Below are positions 25,926-38,299 of a stretch of DNA of 64,000 bases, piece by piece. Position 1 is the first letter of the stretch, and the number at the start of each line of letters is the position of its first letter. The DNA lies in contig NC_068981.1 in the NCBI RefSeq assembly GCF_001194135.2, forward strand, positions 144,806,170-144,870,169, in the 5' to 3' direction. The translations under genes and the position numbers were made by a program. The notes under the pieces are model-generated. The model saw only the letters and a list, made by a program, of their open reading frames with translations. It was not told where the DNA came from and did no database searches. Source of the stretch: Octopus bimaculoides. Lineage: Eukaryota.

Positions 25926-26794
25926 CTTTTATTGGGACGTATTTACAAAACCAAAATGTTTGTCCACCTGTTTACATTCATTTGGTCGTAATAATATAAA
26001 AACGGAGTTGATCTTCTTTGATGGTATTGTCACACCTCAGATCTTCCTATATGGAACGAACCAATAATGAGAGAACTTCCATTCATGCCTATCCCGTGTT
26101 TTCCTTTCAAACTTAGTGTAAGCATGGATACGTTATTCAATGTGCTGTTCCTTTTTAAGAGTTTAGGGTTTAATCTGAATGAGGTCCGGCTATTACAAGC
26201 GGCTCGACCTTCGTGGTTTTGTGCAAAATAAAATTACTAAATACAACGATATTGCTCTAGTGTTATAAAATATATTAGTAGAACAAAAGAAGATCTCCTG
26301 ATAAAGTAGAATTTATTTAAGAAACATTGAAACGAGAAGAAATCATTTAATATTAAATTATTTTGTTTTTATAATCAAGTTTATAAAAATAACAGCAATC
26401 GAAGCATTATAATCAAGTTTATAAACAATACGATATCCAAATTTAGCGTTGACTAATGCTTTTACATCAATGCGACGAATTAGTAGAGTCGTTAGAGCAT
26501 TGTACAATATCCATTGCGCTGTTTTTATTGGCTTTCTGCACCCTAAATTTACATCTCAGCAAGGTAAATGCTGCCTTTCATCCTTCTGCTGGTCGATAAA
26601 TAAATTACCAGTCAAGTACTGGGTCATTTCTTTCCTTTTCTACAATTTCTCTTTATCTCTTCTTGTTTCACTCTCGTGGAGTCAGTTACGTTGTGCTTGG
26701 GGAGCTCTGGGCGTTCTCTCAGTAGAGGCTCTCTCTCCAGAACTGGGGAAGGCTTGAGTGAAAGCTAACAATTTCTTCCCATACAAAAAACAAT

Positions 26795-26824
26795 ATGCAA
26801 CTGGAACAATCCAATGATAAACTG
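26795..26824 (+). CDS. Speculative first coding exon (MQLEQSNDKL, phase 0)
   Basis: A-rich start context AAAAAACAAT-ATG, 10 open codons and donor CTG|GTATGT. Preceded by a GC-richer UTR-like segment with an Inr-like TCAGTT at about 26681. Could be chance. Confidence 0.25.
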
Positions 26825-26954
26825 GTATGTTGTGAAGCAGTAATAAAAGCAAAATAATTTATTTTTATGCATATGGGTCTGAAAATAAATAACTTGTAAT
26901 AAATAATTCAATTACTCCTGTTAAAATTAAGCCGTTTTCATGCAAATTCTATCG

Positions 26955-27024
26955 ATGGCGTATGTATGTATGTATGTATGTATGCATGTATGTATGTATA
27001 TATGTATGTAGCTAGCTAGCTAGC

Positions 27025-27086
<62 letters not shown>

Positions 27087-27088
27087 TA
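26955..27088. repeat. Compound tetranucleotide repeat (TATG)n(TAGC)n(GATA)n
   Basis: Directly visible. Confidence 0.95.
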
Positions 27089-27434
27089 ACAAATTCAAAA
27101 CAAATTGTTCGCTTTATTTGGTTTTTTTTTAAATGGTTATATTACCTCATATTATATATTATATTATATTATATTGTCAATTGTATTTCTCAATTTGATT
27201 TATTACTTCTACTCTATTCCTAGCTACAGTAGTAGCAACGTGAATTTCTTCTATCTTCTTACTCTGTTAAAATATTTTTAAAAAATAATATTAATGTGTC
27301 CCATTCCTTAAAATTCCATTTATTTATTTATGCAGCTGAAGATAGCACTGCATTTGAATTGAGGTAATGATTACATTTTTCAATTAAATGGATCCGCTTG
27401 AAACAGTCGTAGTGCATTACTACTTAATATCCTG

Positions 27435-27473
<39 letters not shown>

Positions 27474-28238
27474 GTGTGTGAGTGTGTATGTGTGTGTCTG
27501 CGTGTGTGTTTGTTTATGTGTGTCTGTATGTCTGAGTGTATGTGTTTGTGTGTGTGTATATATGTATACATATATATGTTATGTATGTATATATGTATAT
27601 ACATGCGTATATATATATGTATGTATGTATGTATTATGTATGTATGTATGTATTATAAATGCATGTAGTGTATCCGATGCTGCTAAATTTGATTTTATAT
27701 GAATATATTTTATTCAATGATGATTCGTGCAATTTTATCTAATCAATTCTAGTTTGATTAAGCGCTAGGCACATCAGCAAAAGTACCGTTTGTTAGTTTC
27801 ATGCAAGAACCAAGTGTTCTTTTGAACGTGTGAAAGGCAGATTTGAAGCTGGTATCCAACGATGCAGATACACAGAGATGAATGCATCCTACAAACTAAT
27901 GACGCCATTCACAGACTTATGTGTTTTGATACATTTCGTTTAAAAAGAGTAATATCTCCTGGGATTATTCCGAAGTTAAAAGTCATCCCATGTGAGAATG
28001 CTTGAACGTGTTAAATATAACTTTAAACGAATGCCTCACTCCACACACACACACATACAAACACATGTGTGTGTCTGTATATACATATATATATATGCAT
28101 GTATATACATATGTATATATATTATTATATATGTATATGTATATTTATATAGATAGGGTGATAAATTAAATATTAATTCAATTTAAAACCAAGTGGCCCA
28201 GGATATAAAAATATCTGAAAATTCAGAAAAAAAAACTG

Positions 28239-28318
28239 TATTACACGTGTATAAGGGATGACCACTAGGTGGACATCCAATATGCTAGAAAGTGGTCATC
28301 CCTTATACACGTGCAATA
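28239..28318. other. 80-nt near-perfect hairpin (28-bp arms, 1 mismatch, 24-nt loop)
   Basis: TATTACACGTGTATAAGGGATGACCACT (28239-28266) pairs with AGTGGTCATCCCTTATACACGTGCAATA (28291-28318). Confidence 0.85.
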
Positions 28319-29139
28319 TGTATATGTATACACACATACACACATGCACATTCACACATATACATACATATATATATATANNNNNNNNNNNNNNNNNNNN
28401 NNNNNNNNNNNNNNNNNNNNNNNNNNNNNNNNNNNNNNNNNNNNNNNNNNNNNNNNNNNNNNNNNNNNNNNNNNNNNNNNNNNNNNNNNNNNNNNNNNNN
28501 NNNNNNNNNNNNNNNNNNNNNNNNNNNNNNNNNNNNNNNNNNNNNNNNNNNNNNNNNNNNNNNNNNNNNNNNNNNNNNNNNNNNNNNNNNNNNNNNNNNN
28601 NNNNNNNNNNNNNNNNNNNNNNNNNNNNNNNNNNNNNNNNNNNNNNNNNNNNNNNNNNNNNNNNNNNNNNNNNNNNNNNNNNNNNNNNNNNNNNNNNNNN
28701 NNNNNNNNNNNNNNNNNNNNNNNNNNNNNNNNNNNNNNNNNNNNNNNNNNNNNNNNNNNNNNNNNNNNNNNNNNNNNNNNNNNNNNNNNNNNNNNNNNNN
28801 NNNNNNNNNNNNNNNNNNNNNNNNNNNNNNNNNNNNNNNNNNNNNNNNNNNNNNNNNNNNNNNNNNNNNNNNNNNNNNNNNNNNNNNNNNNNNNNNNNNN
28901 NNNNNNNNNNNNNNNNNNNNNNNNNNNNNNNNNNNNNNNNNNNNNNNNNNNNNNNNNNNNNNNNNNNNNNNNNNNNNNNNNNNNNNNNNNNNNNNNNNNN
29001 NNNNNNNNNNNNNNNNNNNNNNNNNNNNNNNNNNNNNNNNNNNNNNNNNNNNNNNNNNNNNNNNNNNNNNNNNNNNNNNNNNNNNNNNNNNNCACACACA
29101 CAAACATACAGAGTTTTCACAGATTTTTGTTTTATTCTT

Positions 29140-29590
29140 TTATTTGATTCAGTTTTCGGGTTACAGCCATACTAGAGCACCGCCTTCAACGGTTTTATTT
29201 GAACGAATCGATCCCAGTAGTTAGTTTGTTTACGGTGATGTAAAAAAAAATAACTTCGATTGTCAAACGGTAATAAAGGATTGAACCCGGAACCGTAAAA
29301 GTTTGTTGTATGAGGGAGATGGAAAGCATGATTCTAGTCACCCATCTATTTGTTTCTGATGGGTAACGAGTGAGATTCATGTCCTGCCAGAAATATGTCC
29401 AATAAACTAATGGTGGAGCTTTCGACCATCGGCTGACTTGAAGTGCCACAGTTTCCAGGAGGATAGAACTATTGCGTGGTAACGGCGGTTGCAATGAAAC
29501 TGAGGGCACAAGACTTGATAGGTACAAAGACGGATACTGTTCGGGAACCAAACTTCTTACCACTCGGTGCAGAAAACATGCCACCACTCT
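29140..29590 (-). mobile_element. Decayed SINE-A whose tRNA head is interrupted by an approximately 240-bp segment X
   Basis: A-box side GAGTGGTAAGAAGTTTGGTTCC (reverse complement of about 29543-29565), segment X at about 29297-29535, B-box GGTTCCGGGTTCAATCC (reverse complement of 29279-29295), 3' domain at 29150-29220. Confidence 0.6.
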
Positions 29591-30043
29591 GGCAATTCTG
29601 CCAGTTAACCAAGTTGGATAGACATTTTACTTATGGACCTGAAAAAGATGAAAAACAAAGTTAAAGTAAAATAACCCAAGGCAGTTTATCAAAGTCTCTG
29701 ACGACACAGTCCAAAGGTATATACCTTACATGGGCTTATACATTTTGGTAGGCTTTTTCAACAACATGATCTGTTGTTGTAAACTTTAGAGTTTTTGTTG
29801 CAGTGCTTATGGATGTTGTAGCTATTGTTGTTATTGTATAAACCAAAACAACGTTCATCAAACCCACACCCGATCCAACCACGTATGTCAGTCGATTGTT
29901 GTAGATATACAATTCCTTCCTATGGCTGAAGTGAAAACGATGCGTTCTCATATGTATTTCTCAGTTGCATAACAGTTTTAAAATGTAGTTCTCTCTGCGA
30001 GACGCACACGTGCACACATACGCACATACGCATATATATATAT

Positions 30044-30088
<45 letters not shown>

Positions 30089-31095
30089 NNNNNNNNNNNN
30101 NNNNNNNNNNNNNNNNNNNNNNNNNNNNNNNNNNNNNNNNNNNNNNNNNNNNNNNNNNNNNNNNNNNNNNNNNNNNNNNNNNNNNNNNNNNNNNNNNNNN
30201 NNNNNNNNNNNNNNNNNNNNNNNNNNNNNNNNNNNNNNNNNNNNNNNNNNNNNNNNNNNNNNNNNNNNNNNNNNNNNNNNNNNNNNNNNNNNNNNNNNNN
30301 NNNNNNNNNNNNNNNNNNNNNNNNNNNNNNNNNNNNNNNNNNNNNNNNNNNNNNNNNNNNNNNNNNNNNNNNNNNNNNNNNNNNNNNNNNNNNNNNNNNN
30401 NNNNNNNNNNNNNNNNNNNNNNNNNNNNNNNNNNNNNNNNNNNNNNNNNNNNNNNNNNNNNNNNNNNNNNNNNNNNNNNNNNNNNNNNNNNNNNNNNNNN
30501 NNNNNNNNNNNNNNNNNNNNNNNNNNNNNNNNNNNNNNNNNNNNNNNNNNNNNNNNNNNNNNNNNNNNNNNNNNNNNNNNNNNNNNNNNNNNNNNNNNNN
30601 NNNNNNNNNNNNNNNNNNNNNNNNNNNNNNNNNNNNNNNNNNNNNNNNNNNNNNNNNNNNNNNNNNNNNNNNNNNNNNNNNNNNNNNNNNNNNNNNNNNN
30701 NNNNNNNNNNNNNNNNNNNNNNNNNNNNNNNNNNNNNNNNNNNNNNNNNNNNNNNNNNNNNNNNNNNNNNNNNNNNNNNNNNNNNNNNNNNNNNNNNNNN
30801 NNNNNNNNNNNNNNNNNNNNNNNNNNNNNNNNNNNNNNNNNNNNNNNNNNNNNNNNNNNNNNNNNNNNNNNNNNNNNNNNNNNNNNNNNNNNNNNNNNNN
30901 NNNNNNNNNNNNNNNNNNNNNNNNNNNNNNNNNNNNNNNNNNNNNNNNNNNNNNNNNNNNNNNNNNNNNNNNNNNNNNNNNNNNNNNNNNNNNNNNNNNN
31001 NNNNNNNNNNNNNNNNNNNNNNNNNNNNNNNNNNNNNNNNNNNNNNNNNNNNNNNNNNNNNNNNNNNNNNNNNNNNNNNTATACATTATGTAGCG

Positions 31096-31140
<45 letters not shown>

Positions 31141-31650
31141 TGTGTGTGTGTAGGTGTGTATGTGCGTGTGCACCTCTACTTTTCATAGACAGTAGTTGCA
31201 GTTTATCGTAGTTTCAGAAAATGTGCAGAAGCTCTCTTTTTGGCTCACCTCTTACTAGGTCTCGATGGTGTTGTTGTCCTTGTTCTTGATGTTAATTGTG
31301 TTTCTGCCACAGGTCAACACTTATTAGTCATAAATAATCAAATCCTATTATTGAGACCGCAGGATTTGACTTGAGAGAATTCCGACTGCTATTTGTCAAA
31401 GGTCGAGCTACATCGTTGAGGGTCATTGTTGCCGTGCAATAACCACGCTGTATAAGTGTTCTGAAGTGTTGCACACGGTTTCTGAAGCTGCCATCTTGAA
31501 AGAGGCCGAATTATTTGCTATGTTCACCTCTATTATAAATTTATTTCGTCTCCTATTGGTTTTCCAGACGAACACATAGACATCCCAAACACCCTTGGTC
31601 TCTTTCTCATCTCTAAAATTAAAATTCTGCAAAACCCTATCTGTCTGCAT

Positions 31651-31925
31651 CTATCGAGTCTCGTGACCACTGTTTCATTGCAACCGTCCATACCACACAA
31701 TAGCTCTAACCTCCCAGAAATGTAGCACCTCAGGTCAGCCGATTGGTCGAAGTTTCACCATCAGTTTATGGGATACATCTTTGGTTGTACATGAACCTCA
31801 CTCGTGACCCATCAGACACAACTAGACGGATGATTAGAATCACACTTTACACCCCCTTCACTCAAGAAACTTTCAATGTTCCTAGTTCAGTACCCCAAGT
31901 GATTTACTCGAAACTCTGCTACAGT
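31651..31925 (+). repeat. Second copy of segment X followed by a B-box-like SINE-A remnant
   Basis: Aligns to the reverse complement of 29281-29521 at roughly 70% by eye (shared GTTTCATTGCAACCG, GTCAGCCGAT, CTCACTCGT.ACCCATCAGA). Followed by GTTCCTAGTTCAGTACC...CTGCTACAGTAGTTCGGGC. Confidence 0.7.
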
Positions 31926-34139
31926 AGTTCGGGCTTTTTTTTTTTTGAGTGCTTCAGGTAATTTTTTGTATTTTCATAAAAGTATTACAAAATATGAGTT
32001 ATGTATGCATAAGGGAAAATTTGTAAGTTAAAAGGACTAAGTGATTGGATAAAAACTTATAATAATTCACTCAAGAAACTGAAGCCTCGACATACAATCT
32101 TGTTGTAAAATAGCCCAGTAGTTTGCTAGCCAGTTACTTGTTTTTAATTTCATCCCCGATCAGCCTTAATCGAGCAGACTTATAATCGAAAGGTGTTCCA
32201 GCTAGTTGCAGTTTCTAGCAAGTCAAGTGGCAGCGTTGAGGTGTTTAGTACTTTGCAAGTGATTGGAGGAAAATAGAGTTAAAAGCTTTTCTCATGTTGA
32301 TAGTAGTTAAGATAGTGCATGCTCTTTGTTGATGTACCCATCATGTATATTTAGGGTAAACTTTGTAAGTGACATTGTGATGAGGTGAATCTTCGCGAGT
32401 TTAAAAGAAGAATGTCTTAAGTTGTAGTATGTTTCCGCCTTCCTGTCGTATTTATAGGGACTATATGGTGGTTGCTACATCGTTTGGGTTTTAAGTTGTC
32501 ATAAGTTTTACCAGTTCGATATTCTAGGGATTTGACAGTGTTAATATGAGTAAGGTTGAGGATAATTTCAATAGTGTTAATTGCTGACAACGTTGGGTTT
32601 ACTATGTTCGTTTCAGCGACATTTATTATAGACGAATCTCAATTAGAGTTAATTCATTGTAATTGAAAATATATGAAGGAGTATGCAACAGTGCATTTAT
32701 TAAAAAGAAAGAAATATCAGTAAATTAATTTGTCAATGCTTATTGCTTTTATTAGAATATAACTGTTCCAACTTTCTCTGATTTGATATTTCTAAGATTT
32801 AATATCAAACTATCCATAAGAAATATTAAAATTTCTGTACCCTTGGCTCTCTGTAATTATAATATGAAAAGAAAAATGATTTCTTTATCTTCTACAGTAC
32901 ATCTGTAATAGTTATCTCAAGGCCTGAAATGGAAAAAAATAAGGTGTTTAGGATTGGCTTAGAATGTAGGAACACTACATTTACATGACAAGTCAATGAA
33001 ATGAGATCACATATTTCATAAATCTTATTGCAGATATATAGATTATTAAAAACGACTTTGCTGTAAACATAAGTATCAAATGAGATTATGAATAATGTTA
33101 TTGATCTGAGAGTGCTGACGGCTTATTATAGAAACAGTCTTACACTTTCACCAATGAAAATATTCCTCACAGCAAGTCCACATTGAACGCTTATTGAAAA
33201 GTTTCTCTAATACAAGACAGTTCTTGAGATCTAAAAATGTAACTGAGCATATTTAGCATAAAACAGTATCGATTATATTTTCTGCCATCAATTCTTAGTG
33301 AGAGACACTTCCTTTCCATTGATAATGCCATAGAAAAATATCATGAACGACTCATCCTCCGATTCTGAAGATTCGTGGCAATGCAACATAAAATACTACA
33401 TAACGTTATAGAATATTAATAATGGTGTTGTTATCTGTTCTTGTGTAACGACATAACTAAACATCGCATGCAAGAATTTTTTTTCCAGCTGCGTTCACTC
33501 TGTTTTTGACAACATTCTTATATTAAATCTGAAACATACAACGACTTTTGACAAGAATGTACGAATGGTAATGATATCTACAAATAAAAAAAAAGAAGAA
33601 AATGATATCCGTCGAAAGAATCGTAATGTATTATGTAGTATAGTATTACAATTTAATTCATTCCAGTAAGAAATACATAAAAATATATTTTTGATCGGTA
33701 TATAATTTCCTTCATAATTTGAATATAACCTGAAGGGGCAAGAGCTTCAGGTTTCAAATATTCTCAATAGAATATAAAAGACAATAATATATACCGCAAG
33801 ACAATGTTATGTTTAACAACTGAAGCAGGATTCAGCTAACTTTAATTAACATTTTCTCTTTCTATTTTTTGATAAAATATGCTATGTGAAAAGGATTTAT
33901 TTATCAAATTTTCGATATTCTACTTACTGATTTCATAGCCTATTGAATATAACTTCCAAAAAATGATGCCCTGCTGATAAAATCCATAAATGACCTATTA
34001 ATGTTACCTAGGACGTATTAAACAAACACACAGCGCCTAATTGCTTACAAAGGATATATATGTATGAGTTAGCAGAAACGAGTAATTTAGTTTTAGAAAA
34101 GAGCGAAAGCAACAACAACAGCTACTACTACTACTACTA

Positions 34140-34140
34140 C

Positions 34141-34197
<57 letters not shown>

Positions 34198-34441
34198 TAA
34201 CAATAATAATAATAATAATAATAATAATCCTTTCTACTGGTAGCATAAAGCTGCAACTCTTGGGGAAGGTATCAAGTTGATTACATCGACTCCACTGCGT
34301 AACTGGTACTTGTTTAATCGACCCCGAAGGATGAAAGGCAAAGTCGACCTCGGCGGAATTTGAACTCAGAACGTAAAGATGGACGAAATACCGCTAAGCA
34401 TTTCGTACAGCGAGCTAAATATTCTGGCAGCTCACCGCCTT

Positions 34442-34516
<75 letters not shown>

Positions 34517-34890
34517 AAGAAGAAGAAGAAGAAGAAGAAGAAGAAGAAGAAGAAGAAGAATCCTTTCGACAATTGGCACAACGCCTGAAAGTTTGGGGGA
34601 GGAGTTAGTGCTTTTATCGACTCCAAAAGGATAGAAGGCTAGGTCGACTTCTGCAGACCTTGAACTTAGAACGTAAGGATGGACGAAATGCTGCGAATCA
34701 TTTTGTTCCGCCTGCTCATGATTCTGCCAGTTCACCGCCTTAGTAATAATAGTAATTCCGGGGAGGGATGAAATCGATTACTTCGACCCCAGTGTTCATC
34801 TGGTACTTATTTTATCGACCCTAAAAGGACGAAAAGCAAAGTTGACCTCGGCGAAATTTGAACACAGAACGTAAGATGAACGAAATGCCA
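34140..34890 (-). mobile_element. Array of 3 SINE-B copies with (AAT)n and (AAT)n(AAG)n spacers
   Basis: Copies at about 34229-34441, 34561-34742 and 34755-34890. Confidence 0.9.
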
Positions 34891-35617
34891 ATATTTCATT
34901 TATCTAATATTAATGAACCAGTAATAACTGATTTTAGTGAACAATGTATAATTAAATGTATTAGGCATTATATAAACAGTCTTAGACATGACACAACCGG
35001 TTTAATTGAACTAGAAATATGTTGATATTTTACTGCAGTTTGAATTATTAATTTCATTATATATTGGCTATCTAATTTTTATTGTAATGGCTTATACTGG
35101 AGTTAACTAATTTTACTGTTATGAGATAAATAATTTCAAGGAAAATAGGAAAGCTACTCAGTTTCCAAATAATGTTATTTAAGTCTTAAATGTTGTAATA
35201 TCATAAATTAATATTTTGTCTAAGGAATTCTTTACATCTCAGAGCTCTTTACATGAGTTCTTATTGACTGTTCTTTAATTCACTTATATTCTACAATTAT
35301 GTTAGGTAAACATTTTACTATAGCATTTATTCATTTAGTACTTGCCTTTGGTGTTATTGAAATAGAAATATCTTTCTTGTAGCTCTGGATAAACTATTAG
35401 CAAAACCAGTCACATTGTAATTGAATTTTCATATCCATTTATTTTGAACGACGAGAAATACCTTTTCCGTGTGTAATAGTAACCTATCATATGCAGAACT
35501 GAATTAATTCCGGTTAAATATGATTAATAATTTCCGTTTCAAAAATTAACACCCATCATTGAGTCACTTTCTTCGGAAATATGGTAATTGTGGAAGATTC
35601 ACATAAAGAATATAGAA

Positions 35618-36316
35618 TGACATTTTAGTAACAGACCGTCGTAAGCGCCACAACTTAAAAACCGAGAAAAAAGCAGTCAAACTTTCGCGACTTTCAGAAT
35701 GCGATATCTCGGCAAGGAATGGAGTTAGGAAGTTGGTTTTGATCTTAAAATGACCGTGAAGACCTCCTCTAAACATTCCACCTATGTAAAATTATATTTT
35801 TATGTATGCATCTGAAAGATGAAACAATGACTGCGTCTTTCTCATTTTGTAAAATTTATTGGTACTACGAAACGGTGTATCGTATTGCGCATTTTAACCA
35901 TAATACCTAAAAGAAAACATACAGAGACCATCCAAAGGTATTGCATGTATTTTAATATACCAAGTTAAGTATCATTAAGAGGCAAGTAAGACAAGATAGT
36001 AAGATGATAGCCCATTATCGTTACAATGGTAACGAAGAATATTAGAAACTGAGCCATAACACCTCGATATACGATACAGGGACCATACCAAAGTTATTGA
36101 TCGAGTATGTGTGCTTACGACGGTGTTACTAAGCTCTCTGGTCCGAGTTTGGGTGAGCAAGCGTCGTGTCAATAGCGTCGGGGTACCTTATTGCAAGCCT
36201 CACCGGTTCTTCCTCCCAACATTTTCGGATCCTAGGCGTAGAGACAAAGAAAATGATAAAGTAACCGCGAAAGTGGTCGGGTTGGCGCTTACGACACTCT
36301 GTTACTAAACGCGTCA
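35618..36316. mobile_element. About 700-bp non-coding element with about 30-bp terminal inverted repeats (MITE-like), CpG-rich
   Basis: TGACATTTTAGTAACAGACCGTCGTAAGCGCCA (35618-35650) is the inverted partner of TGGCGCTTACGACACTCTGTTACTAAACGCGTCA (36283-36316). A third partial motif GCTTACGACGGTGTTACTAAG lies at about 36112-36133. Confidence 0.65.
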
Positions 36317-37041
36317 ATTGATAAATTCTTTCATTTTGCTGCCAGGGTGCATTTACACATACATTCAACTTCTACAAGGAAGATATAAAAATGTGTGAGG
36401 GAAGGCAATATATTAAATCATGCTGAAGATTTTTAAATTACACAAAATAGCACAAATTAACTAGAAGATTATCTAAAACACAAACACTCCAATTATTTTT
36501 CAAATGTGTCTCGATTTTTTTTTTTTTTTTTTTTTTTTTTTTNNNNNNNNNNNNNNNNNNNNNNNNNNNNNNNNNNNNNNNNNNNNNNNNNNNNNNNNNN
36601 NNNNNNNNNNNNNNNNTTACTTATTTTCATCTCACCAACAAGACGCTTCGCCTTCTAGTTTCTTTCATCATTTCTATGAGGAAAGTATTTGAACAACACG
36701 CAACTGAAAAACGTGTCCTGAGAAATGGAGAAATGGCTATACCACATGCTACTTACTTTAACTTGCAATAGACTTCTTTTTGTTTTTGTTTTTTTTTTTG
36801 CTACCTCTTGTACTTATTCCGAAAGTCTGCAATCCCATCTTGTTGCCCAAGTCTTATCAACCACACTCCAAGCTGAACCTGATGATGCGAACGATGGTAC
36901 AGTAACCTCCTGCACTCAATCTTGATGGTAGTGCTTTTGCTGCAATTCACTATACTCTATCTTTTCTGCCCTTCCTTTTCCTCTCTCTATCTCCCTATCT
37001 CTCTTTCTCTCTCTCTCTCGCACTCTGATTTTACCTTATAG

Positions 37042-37170
37042 GAGCGAAAATCCTTCAAGGAACGCTAAAACAAGTATAGCAGCCAGGGACAGCCAGTCGT
37101 ATTCCTTTTATTCTGCACCCATAATAGAGTATCTCAACGCCAAAGCCAGTAGTTTTCGGACTCTCTCTAG
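37042..37170 (+). CDS. Speculative internal exon (129 nt, phase 2-2)
   Basis: Long pyrimidine tract ending TTACCTTATAG|G and donor CTAG|GTATGA. The only open frame reads SENPSRNAKTSIAARDSQSYSFYSAPIIEYLNAKASSFRTLS. No recognisable homology. Confidence 0.2.
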
Positions 37171-38299
37171 GTATGATTTAATCTTGAAACCTCCCGACCC
37201 TATGCCATTTCTCGTATCCTCTTCCTTCACAGTTTTCTATCATTACGTTGCAAATTTACAAATGTGGCAAAGCGTGAAGGACTAATATCAACACTAATGC
37301 CCTTGATTTCAAGGTTTATTTTGCGCTGGCCCGTGTATAAGCTGGCGTGAGTAGCATAAGATTTGCTTATCACTCGGCATCAGCACCGATTATATATTTT
37401 CCTGCACCCTGCGCTGATACATGATTTTTCATCTTAGCCACTGTTGTACAAATTCTTCAGATAAGCAAATACATGTTTTATGAGACAGAACTTTCAGTTT
37501 TATCATAACGATTATACTTGCTTTTATGCTGGAATTTGTCTATGTCAGCAATTTTTTGGAGGAGGTAAAAATGCATGTAAAACTGCTCGTAAAGCTACTA
37601 ACGTCTACGCTTGAGTGTGCGTGAAGTGGTCTGTGTGTGCGCATGTGTATGTGTGGAGTGGCCTGTGTGTGTGCACGTGTGTGTTTGTGTGTGGAGTGGT
37701 CTGTGTGTGAATGTGTGTGTGTGTGTGTATGAGTCTTTGTGTGTAAGTGTTTTTTGTTGTAGCTGTTAATTCTTTTGCTTACCTCTTCGCTCTCAATGTT
37801 TAATTTTATATTATCGTTATTTGTTAGAAAATTATTATTTCACTGCCTGTGTCACTTCAGTGTTGTAAACCGTTCTGTTTGTTTCTTTTGATATGTATAT
37901 ATGCGCCAATATTTTGTGTCTTTAGAAATGTTTGATCGTGGACATATTTGTTTATCTTCATGCTACCATCAATGTGTTGAATAACTCTTTCGGCAACCCA
38001 ATATAAACAACATATGCTGCATTATAGCTCCACAAAACCAACGGGATTCAACAATGTCTCTTTTTGTCTAAACAGCGCAGTAAAATATAATACCAAACTT
38101 TTCATTTCGCTGCAATATTTCTGCGTGATACGATACATAAAAAGTTATACAATCTATGTGTCGTCTCGATTTCAAAGAGAGAAGTTAAAAGCTTGTTTTC
38201 AATTTTTCATTTCTTTTGAGGAAAATGATAACTAAAATATAACCCGGATCAGAATTAAACATAATTTGTCATGACAAAATAGCAGCTATAACATCAATA

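Noticed and set aside
29195-29587. 130-aa minus ORF with apparent peptide similarity to 31743-31961
   Set aside because: The similarity reflects the shared repeat X. Substitutions fall at all codon positions, the second copy has a frameshift and stop, and the ORF runs through SINE-A sequence.
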